NCBI GenBank assembly: GCA_002269645.1
Contig: NIVC01000245.1
Location: 620,001-684,000 of the forward strand
Reading direction: 5' to 3'
Length of the DNA stretch: 64,000 bases
Origin: Macrostomum lignano
Taxonomy: Eukaryota
The position numbers and the translations under genes are program-made. Numbering within the stretch: position 1 is the first letter of the stretch; every line of letters begins with the position of its first letter. Of this stretch, positions 51,673 to 63,803 are shown piece by piece. The notes below the pieces were generated by a model that had not been told where the DNA came from, did no database searches, and worked only from the letters and a program-made list of their open reading frames with translations.

Positions 51673-53279
51673 AACAATTTGTTCTGAAAAAGTTTCACAA
51701 GGAGATAAGGTTTGAAGAATCAATCAAGAGGCCAATGACAAACCAATTAGAATTGTATATAAAAAAAATTTAATGTAGGGACCCTAGGCCCCTATGATTT
51801 TAAATAAAAATTATAATATAAGGCCTAGGCCCTATATATATAGGCCTATAATTATAAAGTTGTGCCATTGTGGATTTTCTGATACAAAGTAGACAATATT
51901 AGGCCTAATTGGGCCTAGTCTAGTCTAGTTTTGATTATAGACTGTATATTAGATACAAAGGACATGAAAGGTCTCGAAATTAAGTACCAATTACCATAAT
52001 ATACTATTATTTTTTATTATTTTGAAACTGTCAGCCTACCATGTGATTTTTATCATTAGGCTATGGCCTAGGTCTAGGATGCCACTTTAGACTAGGCCTT
52101 TGGCTTTGGTTAGGCCAACCTATCATTATAAAAATGCAGCAAAATATCATTCAAAAATATACATCTAACCCCTATAGGTTATCTTTGCATCCCAAATATA
52201 ATATATAATAGGGTTTCTATTTTCTAATATATCTACAAATACAATTTTCACTGAAGGAGTGAAGATCAAAATTAGCATGTCAAAAAACCTTACAAGCCAC
52301 CGAATTTTAAAACTAGCTACCAAAAGTGGAACTGGAAGTATATAGCTAAGAAAAAACATAAACATAAACATAGCACATAGTGACACATAATGAAATGATG
52401 ACAACATGCAAGAGTGACAGAGTCCTCTTAGAAAGGAAAAATAGGCCTAGTAATTTATGTTTATGGGAAGTTAAGTCCGTAATTAACTAAACCGAAACAA
52501 AATGGCCAACAAAATTGCTGGTAATATATTCAAAGCAATTTGTAGGTGAAGATTTTAACAAATTTATTAAACTATTTTTTGTATTTACAATTTCGCTTTT
52601 ATTAAATATATTTAAAACTTTATTAGATATACATAAAATAGCCTGAAATTTTTTATAAGCTTAGTTATTTATTTTCCCGTATGAACTCCCTGACATGGAT
52701 GATTTTACCATGGAAAGTTTTAAAAATCCATGCATGAAAATACCATGAACATGCATGATTTATCAATGGATCATGGATCATAGATGATTTATCCATGATA
52801 AGAGAGTAGGGTAAACCAGCTTACGGCAGTCCTCTGCCTTTATACGCCAAGTGCTCCGCTACACAATCCGCTCCGCAAGAATTTGACTTCACAATTAATT
52901 TGGGACTACAACCACTTAACGTGACAAGTAATTCTCGTCAAAACGGCCCTTTTGAGGGTTACAGCCATCACACCAATAACGTGACAAACGCACACGTACT
53001 ATACAGGGTCTCCGTCCAGCTAATTCTATTAAAAGCTAGCAACAATTTTTTTGAGTCTGCTATCAATTATATCGATCTATGTAATGTATTTTTTTCGGTA
53101 AAACCTATAGCTGCCTCCTAAAATTTTCTAAGAAACGTGTGGTTTCCCGTCATTCTAATTGAGTAGTCCTTGTTGGGCAGACCCGTCTACCAAGCCGAGA
53201 TTCTATAGTTTTTGCCTTAAATTATGTGACGGAACATGAGATCAAACTAGCCCGCAGAGTCGCTGACAATTGGGCCCCT

Positions 53280-56200
53280 CCCAGTGGCAAAGCCGAGCTC
53301 GGCCCGAGCTCGGTCCGCCGAGATCGGGCCGAGCTCGGCGGGTTGACGGCGGTTCTAGCTCGGGCCGACGACCTCGGGCCGAGGTCGGCTGACCGCGGTA
53401 ATGCCGAGTAGCTTTGCACTATACTTTCTATTTAGCTTATTATAAAGCTTATATTGCTTCTTGCAGATTGACTACATGTAGGTGCCACTTTCACTTTCTA
53501 TAGAATTTTACTGTACATGTACAATTCGGTATTACATGAAAAAGAAAAGGTGAATGGGAAAACGACATGACACGAATTGAAACCATCGAGTTAAAGATCC
53601 CATGTCATTCCTAGCATGTTAGTGCATTGCAGTGGTAATGTACGCTCGTATATGAGCCTAGTTATGGTGAGCCTTTAGTATAACTAGTTAATTGATTTCC
53701 CCTCGGAATTAGATACATATCCACCAGACTCAGTTCTCTGACCCAACAAATATACAACCAACAGCCATGTTCAGGATTAAATGATTGTGAAATAAGACAA
53801 CGATTTAGAACTTAAAATAATTGAATTAAAAGAACACCGCAACAGTAAATCCACCACAAGCACACTAGTGTATTATCAAATGCTAATAATGATACAAGAT
53901 TAACTTTCAAACCAATAAGCAAGAAAACAGAGAAAAAGTAGCTAAACAGCTGAAAACAGAGGTTGAGTTAAGGGTTGCGATACGGATTTGGTTGAGCATT
54001 TATTAACATTATAAACTGTAAAGACTTCACTTTAGATTGTAGAACGAGACGCTTGATACGAGGAAAGCGACTGCAATTTATATTGTAAATATTGAGCACG
54101 ATACATTGGGTGTAAGAGGCTTAAGGGTGGAGAGCAAGAGCGGCCAGAATGCAGAGCGCACACAAGAATGTACAGCGAAATATCGCAGAAGGGAGTACGC
54201 AGCGAAACTGGTAAAAAACCACCTCAAAACACGGAGTAAAAACAAGTGATGGGTTTCGACCTTCGGGCTCCTTGTTAGGGAAGCCTTCAGGCCTCAGGCT
54301 CAGAAATAAATCAATTAGAGACCTTGGCCCCCACTCCTGTCAGATGGTCAGCCCCATGGTAGCTTGATCGTGTGGCGAGCAGTCTAGGTCCTATAGCTAA
54401 GAGAGGGACAGCGAGAGACGAGCAGGGAGAATTTTGAAAGTAGAAATTAGCTAATCCGCAGATCAACTAACTTGCTGCCACCAGCCCGTGCGCCCTGGCT
54501 CACCACACCGGGACTCTCGAAATCGGGCTTCCGACTAGAAGGGGCTTTGCACTTACCTGCCAACTAGTGTCTTTTTGCTGTCAATCTCGAAGTCATAGCC
54601 GATGATAAGGGACACTGCTGGGACTAGATCGCGTTGGCCATGCAGGTACAGAGGGGACTTGTGCAGGGGATTCTTGCGGTGGCAAGTCTATGGGGTAGCT
54701 ACATGTACTATTACATTGCTAAATACGAAGATATGTACTTTTAGCCTTCAACGCGCCAACTAGCCTCTCATAGCGCTGATGATAGGCTAACTCGAACTTC
54801 AGAGACCGCATGATTCATTTACCCGAGCCGCTTGGCTACCCTAGAGTGCACAAAGTACATCTCTGGCGCCGATTCTGCACTTTTGGCAGTTTTGCTCACT
54901 GATTTGTTAGATTGGTCGACTGAGAACTGCCTTGCCATGGGTCCACTGTGACCGGCGCCTACTAGCTTAGCTACTCATCTGAGCCATCGGCGAACAAAGA
55001 AATAAAGCCGACAAAGATAACTGTTAGATTTAACCTTCTCCTTAATTCACTTCACACTTTAGATTGAATTGGAGTCTTAGACTACTAGCAGTATTATTGA
55101 ATGATTCCTGCCTCAGCAACAGCACTACTGAACAAAATGAGCAAAAGTGTGCGCCTAATTCAGCTACTGCAACAGGGGACAGAAAAGGGATCACCCAATC
55201 AAGCAAGTCTAGGTAGCCTCTCACCCAACCAATCAGAAACTCAACAGCCGGAGACCAGGTATTCCACAGTGACCGAATCGGCTCGATGCTCTGCAGCTGT
55301 AGACTCGGGATGATGCTGTCACAATCTTCGCTGTTAGCTAGCAGGTGATGCTCTTAACTGGATGTTCGCTTCTGTCGACCGGGGGACTCGTCCTTGATGA
55401 TGATGGGGGAAGTTGCAATCCGGGGATCAAGAAACGACGGTCGTGCTCCGGGAACCAGAAGTTGCGCGCTGGGCCCGAGCCAAAGTAAGAAGTTGCGTCC
55501 GAGCGGGGCAAAAACTCCGGTTTAAATAGCCGCCAACTGGACCGCAGTTTGTTATAACGGAACACGTCGATTCTGATTGGCTGAGCCGTTTTGTTAAAAT
55601 GAGCGCCGAATTTTCTGATTGGCTAAGCTCGTTGCTACCCAGAATCACGTGACCGAGAGATCCTATCAGTTCCCACAGGGTCGTAAAAAGATGACAGGTG
55701 CGGCCATAAATCACTCAAAATCGCAACAAAATGATTTATGACTTTTCGCGTAGGATTGACAGAAATTAATGAAAAAATATACATTAGAAAGCTCTTATTA
55801 AATAGAAAGTGAAGATAATGAAGAGAAATCGCTAATCGCTAATCCCAAGGTACTTTTAGGGGTAAAACGCATAGCTGTCAAAGCTGTCACACGCTTGAGT
55901 GAATCCGAACAATAGGCTCTGACCTCATAAATCTTGATGGCCTGTCAAAATGATGAGAAAAAAGCTACCGCCCGCATCCGCTCAGACCATCTGGCGCCCG
56001 CTTCAACACTGAGTGAGGCGCAGGTGGCTGTCAGATCAGCTTCGAAAGCGATGATTTATGACCCAAAAAGCTGCGCCTATGTTATTATGACTACTAGTAT
56101 GGCCAGACATTATATCTAGTATAGATTCTATGAAAATTCGCAGAAAAAGGATAAAAATGCCCACTGCTCACTGTTAGTAGGCAAGTAAGTTTAGAGCCCA

Positions 56201-58451
56201 TGTGCTAGCGCGGGATTTGGGAAAAAGTGCGTCCTCATCACAAGCTAACAAAACAAACAACAATTCGCCCAGCCAAGTCACCACACTCCTCCCCACAAAG
56301 ATTAAGCGTTAGATAAAAACGGGAATAAAAGACGCAAATCAGTTTACAGTCCATAGAGGAACAGTCCATAGTCACTGGTAGCGCAGCCGGTCAGCTTAAG
56401 CTCTTGCCCTGGTCGAACGTCAAAGTGGCGCCGCAGAGCTCAACTCTGGCGCCTGGCCAGGCGTCTCCGCAGGGGCCTCTGGTTGATCGTCAGGCACCTC
56501 GGCACATAGCGGTTGCTCAACTTTGGAAGGCGCCGCAGGCACTTGATTGATGTGCCGATGGACCTCTCGACCATCGTCAAACTGGCAAGAGACACAGCCC
56601 TGGAGCAGTCGGTCAGAACAGCAGGCTTCCAGCTGCCATCAGCAGCAAAGTCCCTCGCAACGACTGCGTTGCCCATCTCAATGTGGTGGTCATGGGCATG
56701 GGTGTCGTGCTGCTGCTTCTGGATCGCTTGTGGGTAGCCTTAGAATCTCGCCCCATTTTCTCAAAGTGTTGTATCTAGAACATCAAGGGGGTTAGAATTG
56801 AAGCCATATGATGAAAAAGTAAAAAAATGGAATCAAATACATAAATGGAAAACACAAAACTGATACCCAAATCTGGCCTGCAGTGCAAAACTGATGCCAA
56901 ATATGGCATAGGGCCCTAGTATATAAAAATAGCATCAATATCTAGTCTATGGTGCAAAAATAAAGTAAAAACCTATAATAGTAAAATAAGTATACTATAG
57001 TTGTACTAAAAAGTCATTAGAAAAACAATATAGTATAATATGAATACTATGAATCTATTCAAAAGAGTAAAAAATTGGCATATATAGCAAAATTACATTA
57101 AATTGCCTGCCATAAAATGCACAATTGGCATTATATCCTGGCCCATAGTACATAAACAATGTCTTAAATTAACTGATAGTATGTAATTCATGATGGCATT
57201 GCCATAGACAAATAAAAAAATAAGAAGCTAGACCTAATATAGTAGGGATAAAAATATCATAGGAGCCTAAAAATCTGGCTTTATTTAGGCCATTTTAGAC
57301 TTTTCAAATCACAGGATTTATGACCTAAGCTAGATATCATTCCTACAGTTAAGTTATGGTAACTCCTATTGCAATCCTATACTTTTCAACATTTTATCAT
57401 GAAAATATGCTTTTTGTAGATAAATTGTTTAGTAAAATTTCCATTTAAGAATCTTGAGCTAAGTCGAGGATTTGGGACGCAACAAGAAATTCTTCTCCTC
57501 GGATTTATTCACTTTTAACTCCTAGATAACTATTTGATGGCCATTCTGAAAATAGCTGGTGAATTGCCATCGTAATATGTCTAATTATCATTAATGAAAA
57601 CATATTTCATACGCCTATTCATAAATTGTAAGCAAATCTTCATTAAACCCAAAAAAGCAAGTTTACATTGCATTACAGTGTAGCTATAGTTCAATTAGTT
57701 ACGGCTTAACTGTAAGACTAAGTATGTCTCTGGAATTTTTGCCGAAACATCTAAATGCTTCCAAAGAACGTGTAATAAAAATAATAACTAAGAAGCTAAA
57801 TGAATTGCCACGTTAAAAAGAGCTAGACACTGTTTACAATTGACTTGACCTGCACGGGAGCAATATATTCAAATGAATGGCAAAAAATGAGCAATAATTA
57901 CGCCTTAAGTAAATTCTAAAGCAGTTAATTATTTATTTATATTTTTACTAACGAAGCTATGTTCTTTTATCTGGTAAATTACTCATATATATAATTGTTA
58001 AAATCCAGTACTTCGAATTTTCCGTACCTATAACGCATGCACTTCATGGTCGTCTCGAAGGAGAATAAATCCATAAAAGTCAAATCACCTACTCAACGAG
58101 GAAACTAATTCAGTAAAAACACAATTAGTATGTGTAAAAAGCACATTACACCACTTTGGTGGATCAAAAGTGCTGTATGATTGCGTTGTTTTTGTTTATT
58201 GCAAAAGAGTCACTTTTTCAGTGTAAATTATTCATCTATATTTATGCGGGGTTTTTTTTAATCATATTGAATTCATTAGCGTAGGTAAATTCTGCTTAAT
58301 TGATTAAAACTTTTAATCGGTTAACGGCGCGGCACCCCGAGGTTCTACCGAGTTCGGGCCGACGTCGGCTGGCCGACTTTAGTATGGCCGATCGAATGCC
58401 GAGTGGCCGACGTCGGCCCGAGCTCGGACCGAGCTCGGCTTTGCCACTGGG
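53280..58451. mobile_element. Non-autonomous EnSpm-type element with CCCAG termini, 5172 bp, carrying cargo
   Basis: ~38-bp TIRs CCCAGTGGCAAAGCCGAGCTCGG(C/T)CCGAGCTCGG with 2 mismatches; 2-bp TSD CT (53278-53279, 58452-58453); GC-rich CCGAGCTCGG subterminal palindromes; no transposase ORF inside. Confidence 0.82.
56150..56700 (-). pseudogene. Degenerate Ty3/Gypsy pol C-terminus, PPT and start of a 3' LTR
   Basis: Minus strand MGNAVVARDFAADGSWKPAVL, frameshift, FDDGREVHRHINQ, then L*RSTRARA*ADRLRY (typical LRRSTR tail with stops); PPT GGGGAGGAG (56294-56286) followed directly by TGTGG. Far LTR end not located, so the 56150 boundary is approximate. Confidence 0.6.
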
Positions 58452-59033
58452 CTGGTAGTCTATTTTCGAATACATGATGCATGCTTGATTGCTCGCATAG
58501 TAAAAGTACTGTTGTAGTTTTAAGTATGCTCGACTTTTTAGTCTTAGGTCCGCTTTATAATTGTCCGAATCGGAATTTCTATACGGATCACTAGTGCAGA
58601 CTACACCACACATACACGGTGAAATAATTAAAAAGTGAAGAAACCAAAAAGCAACGCGATATATAGTAAAACTGATAGTACATGTGCAGCATTGTACATC
58701 GATGCATCGATGTATCGATATACATGTACATGTAGTGTAGCTATACGATGCGCTTGATGCAAGGCAAAGCTTCTAGCTAAAAAAACAAGCTGTTAAAACG
58801 TGAAGAAGTTAGTTTTTAGAATACAAGAAAAATTGCTATATTACTTACTAATTATTAGATCGAACAGAGAATTTCCTCAAATCACTGTTTCAAACGGCTT
58901 AGAACGGCTTAGAAGGTCAATATATATATAGATTACGATTTTTTTCAACGCACAACTGCATTCCTAACGTATTAATGCTTAGACATCAAGCGCGCAGTAA
59001 ATATTATTCCCAGCTAATCGATTATAGCGAAAA

Positions 59034-60860
59034 TTATGTCTCCAACTCAGTCACACTGATGGTCGCCAAAGAATTGTTTCTGCTTCGATGGTGCTGCTTG
59101 GCATTCTTGTCATAGCCATCAGCATCTCTAGAGTCCTTGTCAACTCTAGACTGTTCGGTAGCTATTTTCTTGGCATTTTTACGATTACAAGCCTTAGAGA
59201 CAGCGATAAAGCTCGCAATCAGACAATCGTGAAGGAGTTCAACAGCTTCCAGCATGGTCAGCAGCGAGCAGCCAACGTAAAGACCGAGTAATCCACCTGT
59301 GTCAGCGATCAGGTTGGTCAGGTCGTAGGACTTTTCGATCTGAACAGCTGAACCAAAACTCTTGCTTGTAAATATTCGAACTCGGATGACCTGATCATTT
59401 AGGTAGCTCCTTCCAATAACGATATTGTGCGTAGTTAGATTGTTTAGCATTGAGCCAGCCACTTTGATCATGTCTTCATAGCCAGGAAATTGATAATGTG
59501 GAAAATAGTACTGCTTCATCTTAACTAATTCCTGAAATCTAGCGAGAATATCGCGTTGAAAGGACGAAAATATCCGAGGCCAGTTACTAAACGAGTATCT
59601 GTACCTGAAACGGTCCGTCTGGCAAGGTCGCAGATCAGTGCAGTACTGCTGAATCGCCTTCTGATCCAGAGAAAGACTTGAGTAGACTCCATTGATCAAA
59701 TCATTAAAGAACCGAGCGGGCGAGATCTGACCACTGAAAACACGACTGGCATTACGGCAGTTGCTAAGGTTACCGAACTTACGCTCTCTAGGCAGCAGGT
59801 GACTCACACAGCCACTCCGCTCCATCATCAGCTGGTTGCTTCGTTCAGCACGGCAAAGGGACTCACTGAATGCATAGGTGATCTCCGTGTAATCGTACGG
59901 ACTGATGATGCGACTGGGCTCAGGGCTACTCAAGCACTGCATTCCTTTGCCGAGAATGAGCCTCTCGATCTCGAGGTCGATTCGATATTCCTTGCCCGAG
60001 CTGAGCTGAATCATGGACTGGGAGTCCGGGTAGTGACCAGGTCGAGCAAAGTAAACATTTACACCGGACGCGCCTTCCAGGTTGATTCCATTTTCAAAAT
60101 CCCATGCGAGAAAGTTTATTCCAGTAGAGTTTGCGATCGGAATGGGGAGCAGTGAGGAGTTCTTGGGGAAGTCAAAGAATGCCGCATCCAAGAAGAGACC
60201 GACTTCCAGGTAACTGCCCTCAGTGCTCAGGATTTTTCTCTGGTCTGGAGTGGGCTCAACGCGAATGCAGTTTAGCTCAGATGGACTGTAAAACTCAGTT
60301 GCAGGAACTGCATTTAGTTGCATGCCGTTTATCGTTGTCAAAAAAAGCATTTGAAGCAATTTATGACCTAGGCTTTTGCTTATGAGATGATATTCAATGG
60401 TTGACAAGAGCGACATAGCAAATAAAGCTGCTTTAGTTTGGTTATGAGCCACTCCCATCAGTCCGGTGAGCTGAGTGACATAGCTGTTCAGCATGGCTGT
60501 GCTGTTGGGATCCAGGATGTACGGATAGCTGCCCGACATGATGGCCTTGTTGCAGATGACCAGATCGGGGAACTCGAACTCCACCGAGTTCTGCTGCAGC
60601 GTGGTGGTCTCTGGCTGCTCGTTGAAGGTTTTGATGAAGCTCTGCACCTGTGTGACAAAGCCGGTGAGGCAGAGCGCGAAGCCGACAAGCCAGATGACCT
60701 TGACGTAGATCGGACGGGACCCCACAAGTCTTCCGAGGCCGTGAGCCGTGGTGTCGCTCAGCCATGAGTGCACAGGCTCCCCCAGAACAGCCAGCGGGCG
60801 GTCTTTGGGCTTTTTTCCAGGAAAATCTGATTTCCCGGTTTCCCGCTTTCCATGTGACAT
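59034..60860 (-). CDS. DEG/ENaC (ASIC-like) amiloride-sensitive channel subunit, intronless, 608 aa
   Basis: Pre-TM1 TTAHG, TM1, FPDLVICN, Cys-containing ectodomain, TM2 LIADTGGLLGLYVGCSLLTMLE (GxS filter = GCS). Confidence 0.92.
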   Translation of the reverse strand: MSHGKRETGKSDFPGKKPKDRPLAVLGEPVHSWLSDTTAHGLGRLVGSRPIYVKVIWLVGFALCLTGFVTQVQSFIKTFNEQPETTTLQQNSVEFEFPDLVICNKAIMSGSYPYILDPNSTAMLNSYVTQLTGLMGVAHNQTKAALFAMSLLSTIEYHLISKSLGHKLLQMLFLTTINGMQLNAVPATEFYSPSELNCIRVEPTPDQRKILSTEGSYLEVGLFLDAAFFDFPKNSSLLPIPIANSTGINFLAWDFENGINLEGASGVNVYFARPGHYPDSQSMIQLSSGKEYRIDLEIERLILGKGMQCLSSPEPSRIISPYDYTEITYAFSESLCRAERSNQLMMERSGCVSHLLPRERKFGNLSNCRNASRVFSGQISPARFFNDLINGVYSSLSLDQKAIQQYCTDLRPCQTDRFRYRYSFSNWPRIFSSFQRDILARFQELVKMKQYYFPHYQFPGYEDMIKVAGSMLNNLTTHNIVIGRSYLNDQVIRVRIFTSKSFGSAVQIEKSYDLTNLIADTGGLLGLYVGCSLLTMLEAVELLHDCLIASFIAVSKACNRKNAKKIATEQSRVDKDSRDADGYDKNAKQHHRSRNNSLATISVTELET

Positions 60861-62224
60861 AGCGTCGCTTGAAGACTCTGTGGATCAGTGAGCTCGTAAA
60901 ATTAATATTGTTCACTTTTGCAAAGTATACTACAGCATTTAAAACTGTTTATTTAAAAATGACTTACTCACTTTTCAGCTAGGGATTGATTGCCGCCGCA
61001 GTTTGTTACTGTATCTATCTTTCTAGTCTATTCACCAGAATGTGTTTGTTCTACTCTCTGGAAAATCTTTTCTCTTCTTTTATAGGCTGTGACTCGCGGA
61101 ATATCTGTCTCGAAGCCATGGTAAAAATGAAGTGGAACCAGTGCAAAGTGATGCCTCTACTAAGTGTGCACTTCGTGGCTTTGAGGGAACAATAGGGGCA
61201 ATATATAAATTATGGACTGCCGGATGTTTCCCGGCCAAAAATGAAGTCCATGATGTATTTTACCATTCTCTCTGATTGACCTCTGCTGTACTGTCGAACG
61301 AAGGCCAATATATGCATCTAAATTGACAATCGAATTAATATAGTAAGCTGTTTCCATAGTAACAGAAAATAAACGACCAGAGAAGAGAGTATGCAATTTT
61401 GAGGCAATTGTTGTTGGCTTATTCGCTGCAGTTTAGATAATTTGCTTGATTGTCTGACACAAAGATTATGGAAATGTGTATGGTTTACATTGTTCAGGAG
61501 TAATTAAAAGTAATTGCTGAAACAATATGGACAACGGACGATCGTCTTTGACAGAAAACCATGTAGTATAAGACAATTGCCGAAAATCACTTACATCTAG
61601 GTATTCTACTCAAGTATTTTTTAGCATTGATTGCAGAAAATTAAGTTAAACATCATGAAGCTGCACACACAATAGCGCAAATGCTTAGACAGCCCCTAAT
61701 CAGATTAACTCTAAGATTGGCTTGTCAGTTAGAGCAAATGAGCATTTTTGCAGTGCTATTGTTATCCGCATTGTAAATTACAATGAATTTCTATGTCAAA
61801 CAGTTAATAGCAATTTACCAACGTATTGTTAATATTTGATGGAGCTGTTCATATAATATACTGGCAAAGAACTGGTACTTAACTGAAGTGTTTACTACGC
61901 TCATTAGCGTAGCCAGGAATGCGAAATTTCGCACTTTGCCAGCCGGCGCAGCCCACCCCCTTGCCCCCCTGGCTACACAGACGGGAGGACGTTTTCATTG
62001 CAGGAATAATAATAATAAAAATGCTAAATGTGTTAATCAGTTAAGCAAACAAGCAAAAATCGAAGTAACAAATTTATTTCCAAGACAATGTAGAGAACTT
62101 AGTAGATGCATTTAATTGATATCAATTGCAAGGACTTGCTACTAAGGAAGAAAATAAAGCAACACACGTAAATGGTGCAGTTGTGATTTCTAGGTGAGTT
62201 CTACGAGCTAGGCTTGAGGAGCAT

Positions 62225-63324
62225 TGAGGTATCTGCCTTCAGTCCTGCGCTGCGAAGTTGTTCAACCGGATGCTGTTATCGCGGTTGCAGCCGGTGCTGG
62301 ATCCGTACCTGCGTCCTGAGCAGAATGGCTTCCGGGCCCCATCGCGGCACGCTGGCGCCGTTCCTGTTCGTTCTGGTGCTTGACTGGGTGCTGCGGACCG
62401 CTCTTCCTACCAACGATGACGGCTTTCTGTTGCGGCGTAGCGCGGTCGACGTCAACCAAAGAGGCGGCTCAGCGTGCTTGGCTACGCCGACGGTCTCGCC
62501 CTGCTGTTCTCAACTGTCGAGGGCGCCCAGAGACAACTGGACAAGCTAGTTTCTGTTGCGGCGAGTGTCGGCCTGATGATCACACGGAGAAAACCGTCGT
62601 GCTCTGCGTGCCGGACGACATCGAGGCTGCGATCTTGTGCCGAGGTGCTGATGGACAGGTGACAGAGCTTCCGCGTTGTCAGCAGTTCGTCTAATTCGGC
62701 GGTCTGGTTCCCGGCGTCCGCGACGATTTGCGGCGTCGCCGCGGGCTTGCCTGGGCTGCCTTTCGTTCTGTGAGGGCGGTCCTGCAGTCTGAGGCCCTGC
62801 CTGACCGCCAGAGGGCGGCGCTGTTCCAGGCGGTGATCGAGACCTTCCTGCTGTACAACGCCGAGACCTGGACGCTGACGGAGTTGCTCGAGCAACAAGT
62901 TGACGCAGCGCACGCTGGCCTGCTGCGCGCCGCCTTCAAGATCGGCTACGAGCGAGGAACCAACGAGGCTTTGTATCATCGCGCCGGCCTGGTCCGTCCA
63001 AGCAACCTGTTACGCCGTCGGCGACTCCAACTGGCAGGCCACATCATCCGCGTCGAGACGTACTGCCCACAGCCGGTGCAGGAGGCGCTGCTGCTAACGC
63101 TGCAGCCACCCTACCGGCGGGGGCAGGCGCGCACTCGGCATTTCGTTGACTGCCTGCTGGCTGACGCCCGGATTCGGCCGGCCGCGTGGCGTTCACATGG
63201 ACAACTAGAGTCTACTCTAGTTGTCCATGGGCGTTCATTCGTGGCCTGGCCTTGAAGCGCGCACTGTGACGCTGAACGCGTATTTTGTTGTTGTTGTTGT
63301 TGTTGTTGTTGTTGCTGTTGTTGT
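62225..63324 (+). mobile_element. 5'-truncated, degenerate RTE-like non-LTR retrotransposon
   Basis: Broken RT: AKLFNRML..LRPEQNGFR, TLAPFLFVLVLDWVLR, YADG (for YADD), then AWAAF...LLYNAETWTL and C-terminal helical region; frameshifts and a stop; ends in a (GTT)n tail at ~63285-63324. Confidence 0.8.
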
Positions 63325-63511
63325 ATGTTGGATATTATAGTAGCATTCCCTAGTCAACAACACGTACATGTATATAAAATGCCAATTTCAGTATTTCAAT
63401 CCAATAAAACATGAGAATAGTACGAGAAAAGAAGCATAAACTAAAACAGAGCGCCTTTTTTGACTGGATCGATCTAAACTGATTCTAATATTTTTTCACC
63501 GTGGCATGTCC

Positions 63512-63803
63512 ATCTAAATATACTAAATCTCTAAGGTTTGTATGTTTGTCCATAACGCTCTAGAGATTGCAATTCTTCACCGATTTTGATCGCGTTTTCG
63601 CCAAAAGATTTGTAATCAGCCCAGGATTGTATGGTTAAAATTTCTTTAATCTGCTTCAATGCTAAAGGGATTAAATCTAAATATACTAAATCTCTAATAT
63701 TTGTATGCTTGTCCATAACGCTCTAGAGATTGCAATTCTTGACCGATTTTGATCGCATTTTCGCCAAAAGATTTGTAATCAGCCTGGGATTGTATGGTTA
63801 AAA
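63512..63803. repeat. Tandem pair of ~130 bp repeats, offset 162 bp
   Basis: atctaaatatactaaatctctaa...ttgtatggttaaaat at 63512 and 63674. Confidence 0.85.

Larger units (their letters stand above)
46079..52811 (-). mobile_element. EnSpm/CACTA-like (CMC) autonomous DNA transposon, 6733 bp
   Basis: 28-bp TIRs CCCTACTCTC..CATGGATAAATCAT (3 mismatches); TA on both flanks (46077-46078, 52812-52813); subterminal CATGGA/TCCATG clusters; transposase plus spliced accessory gene inside. Confidence 0.88.
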
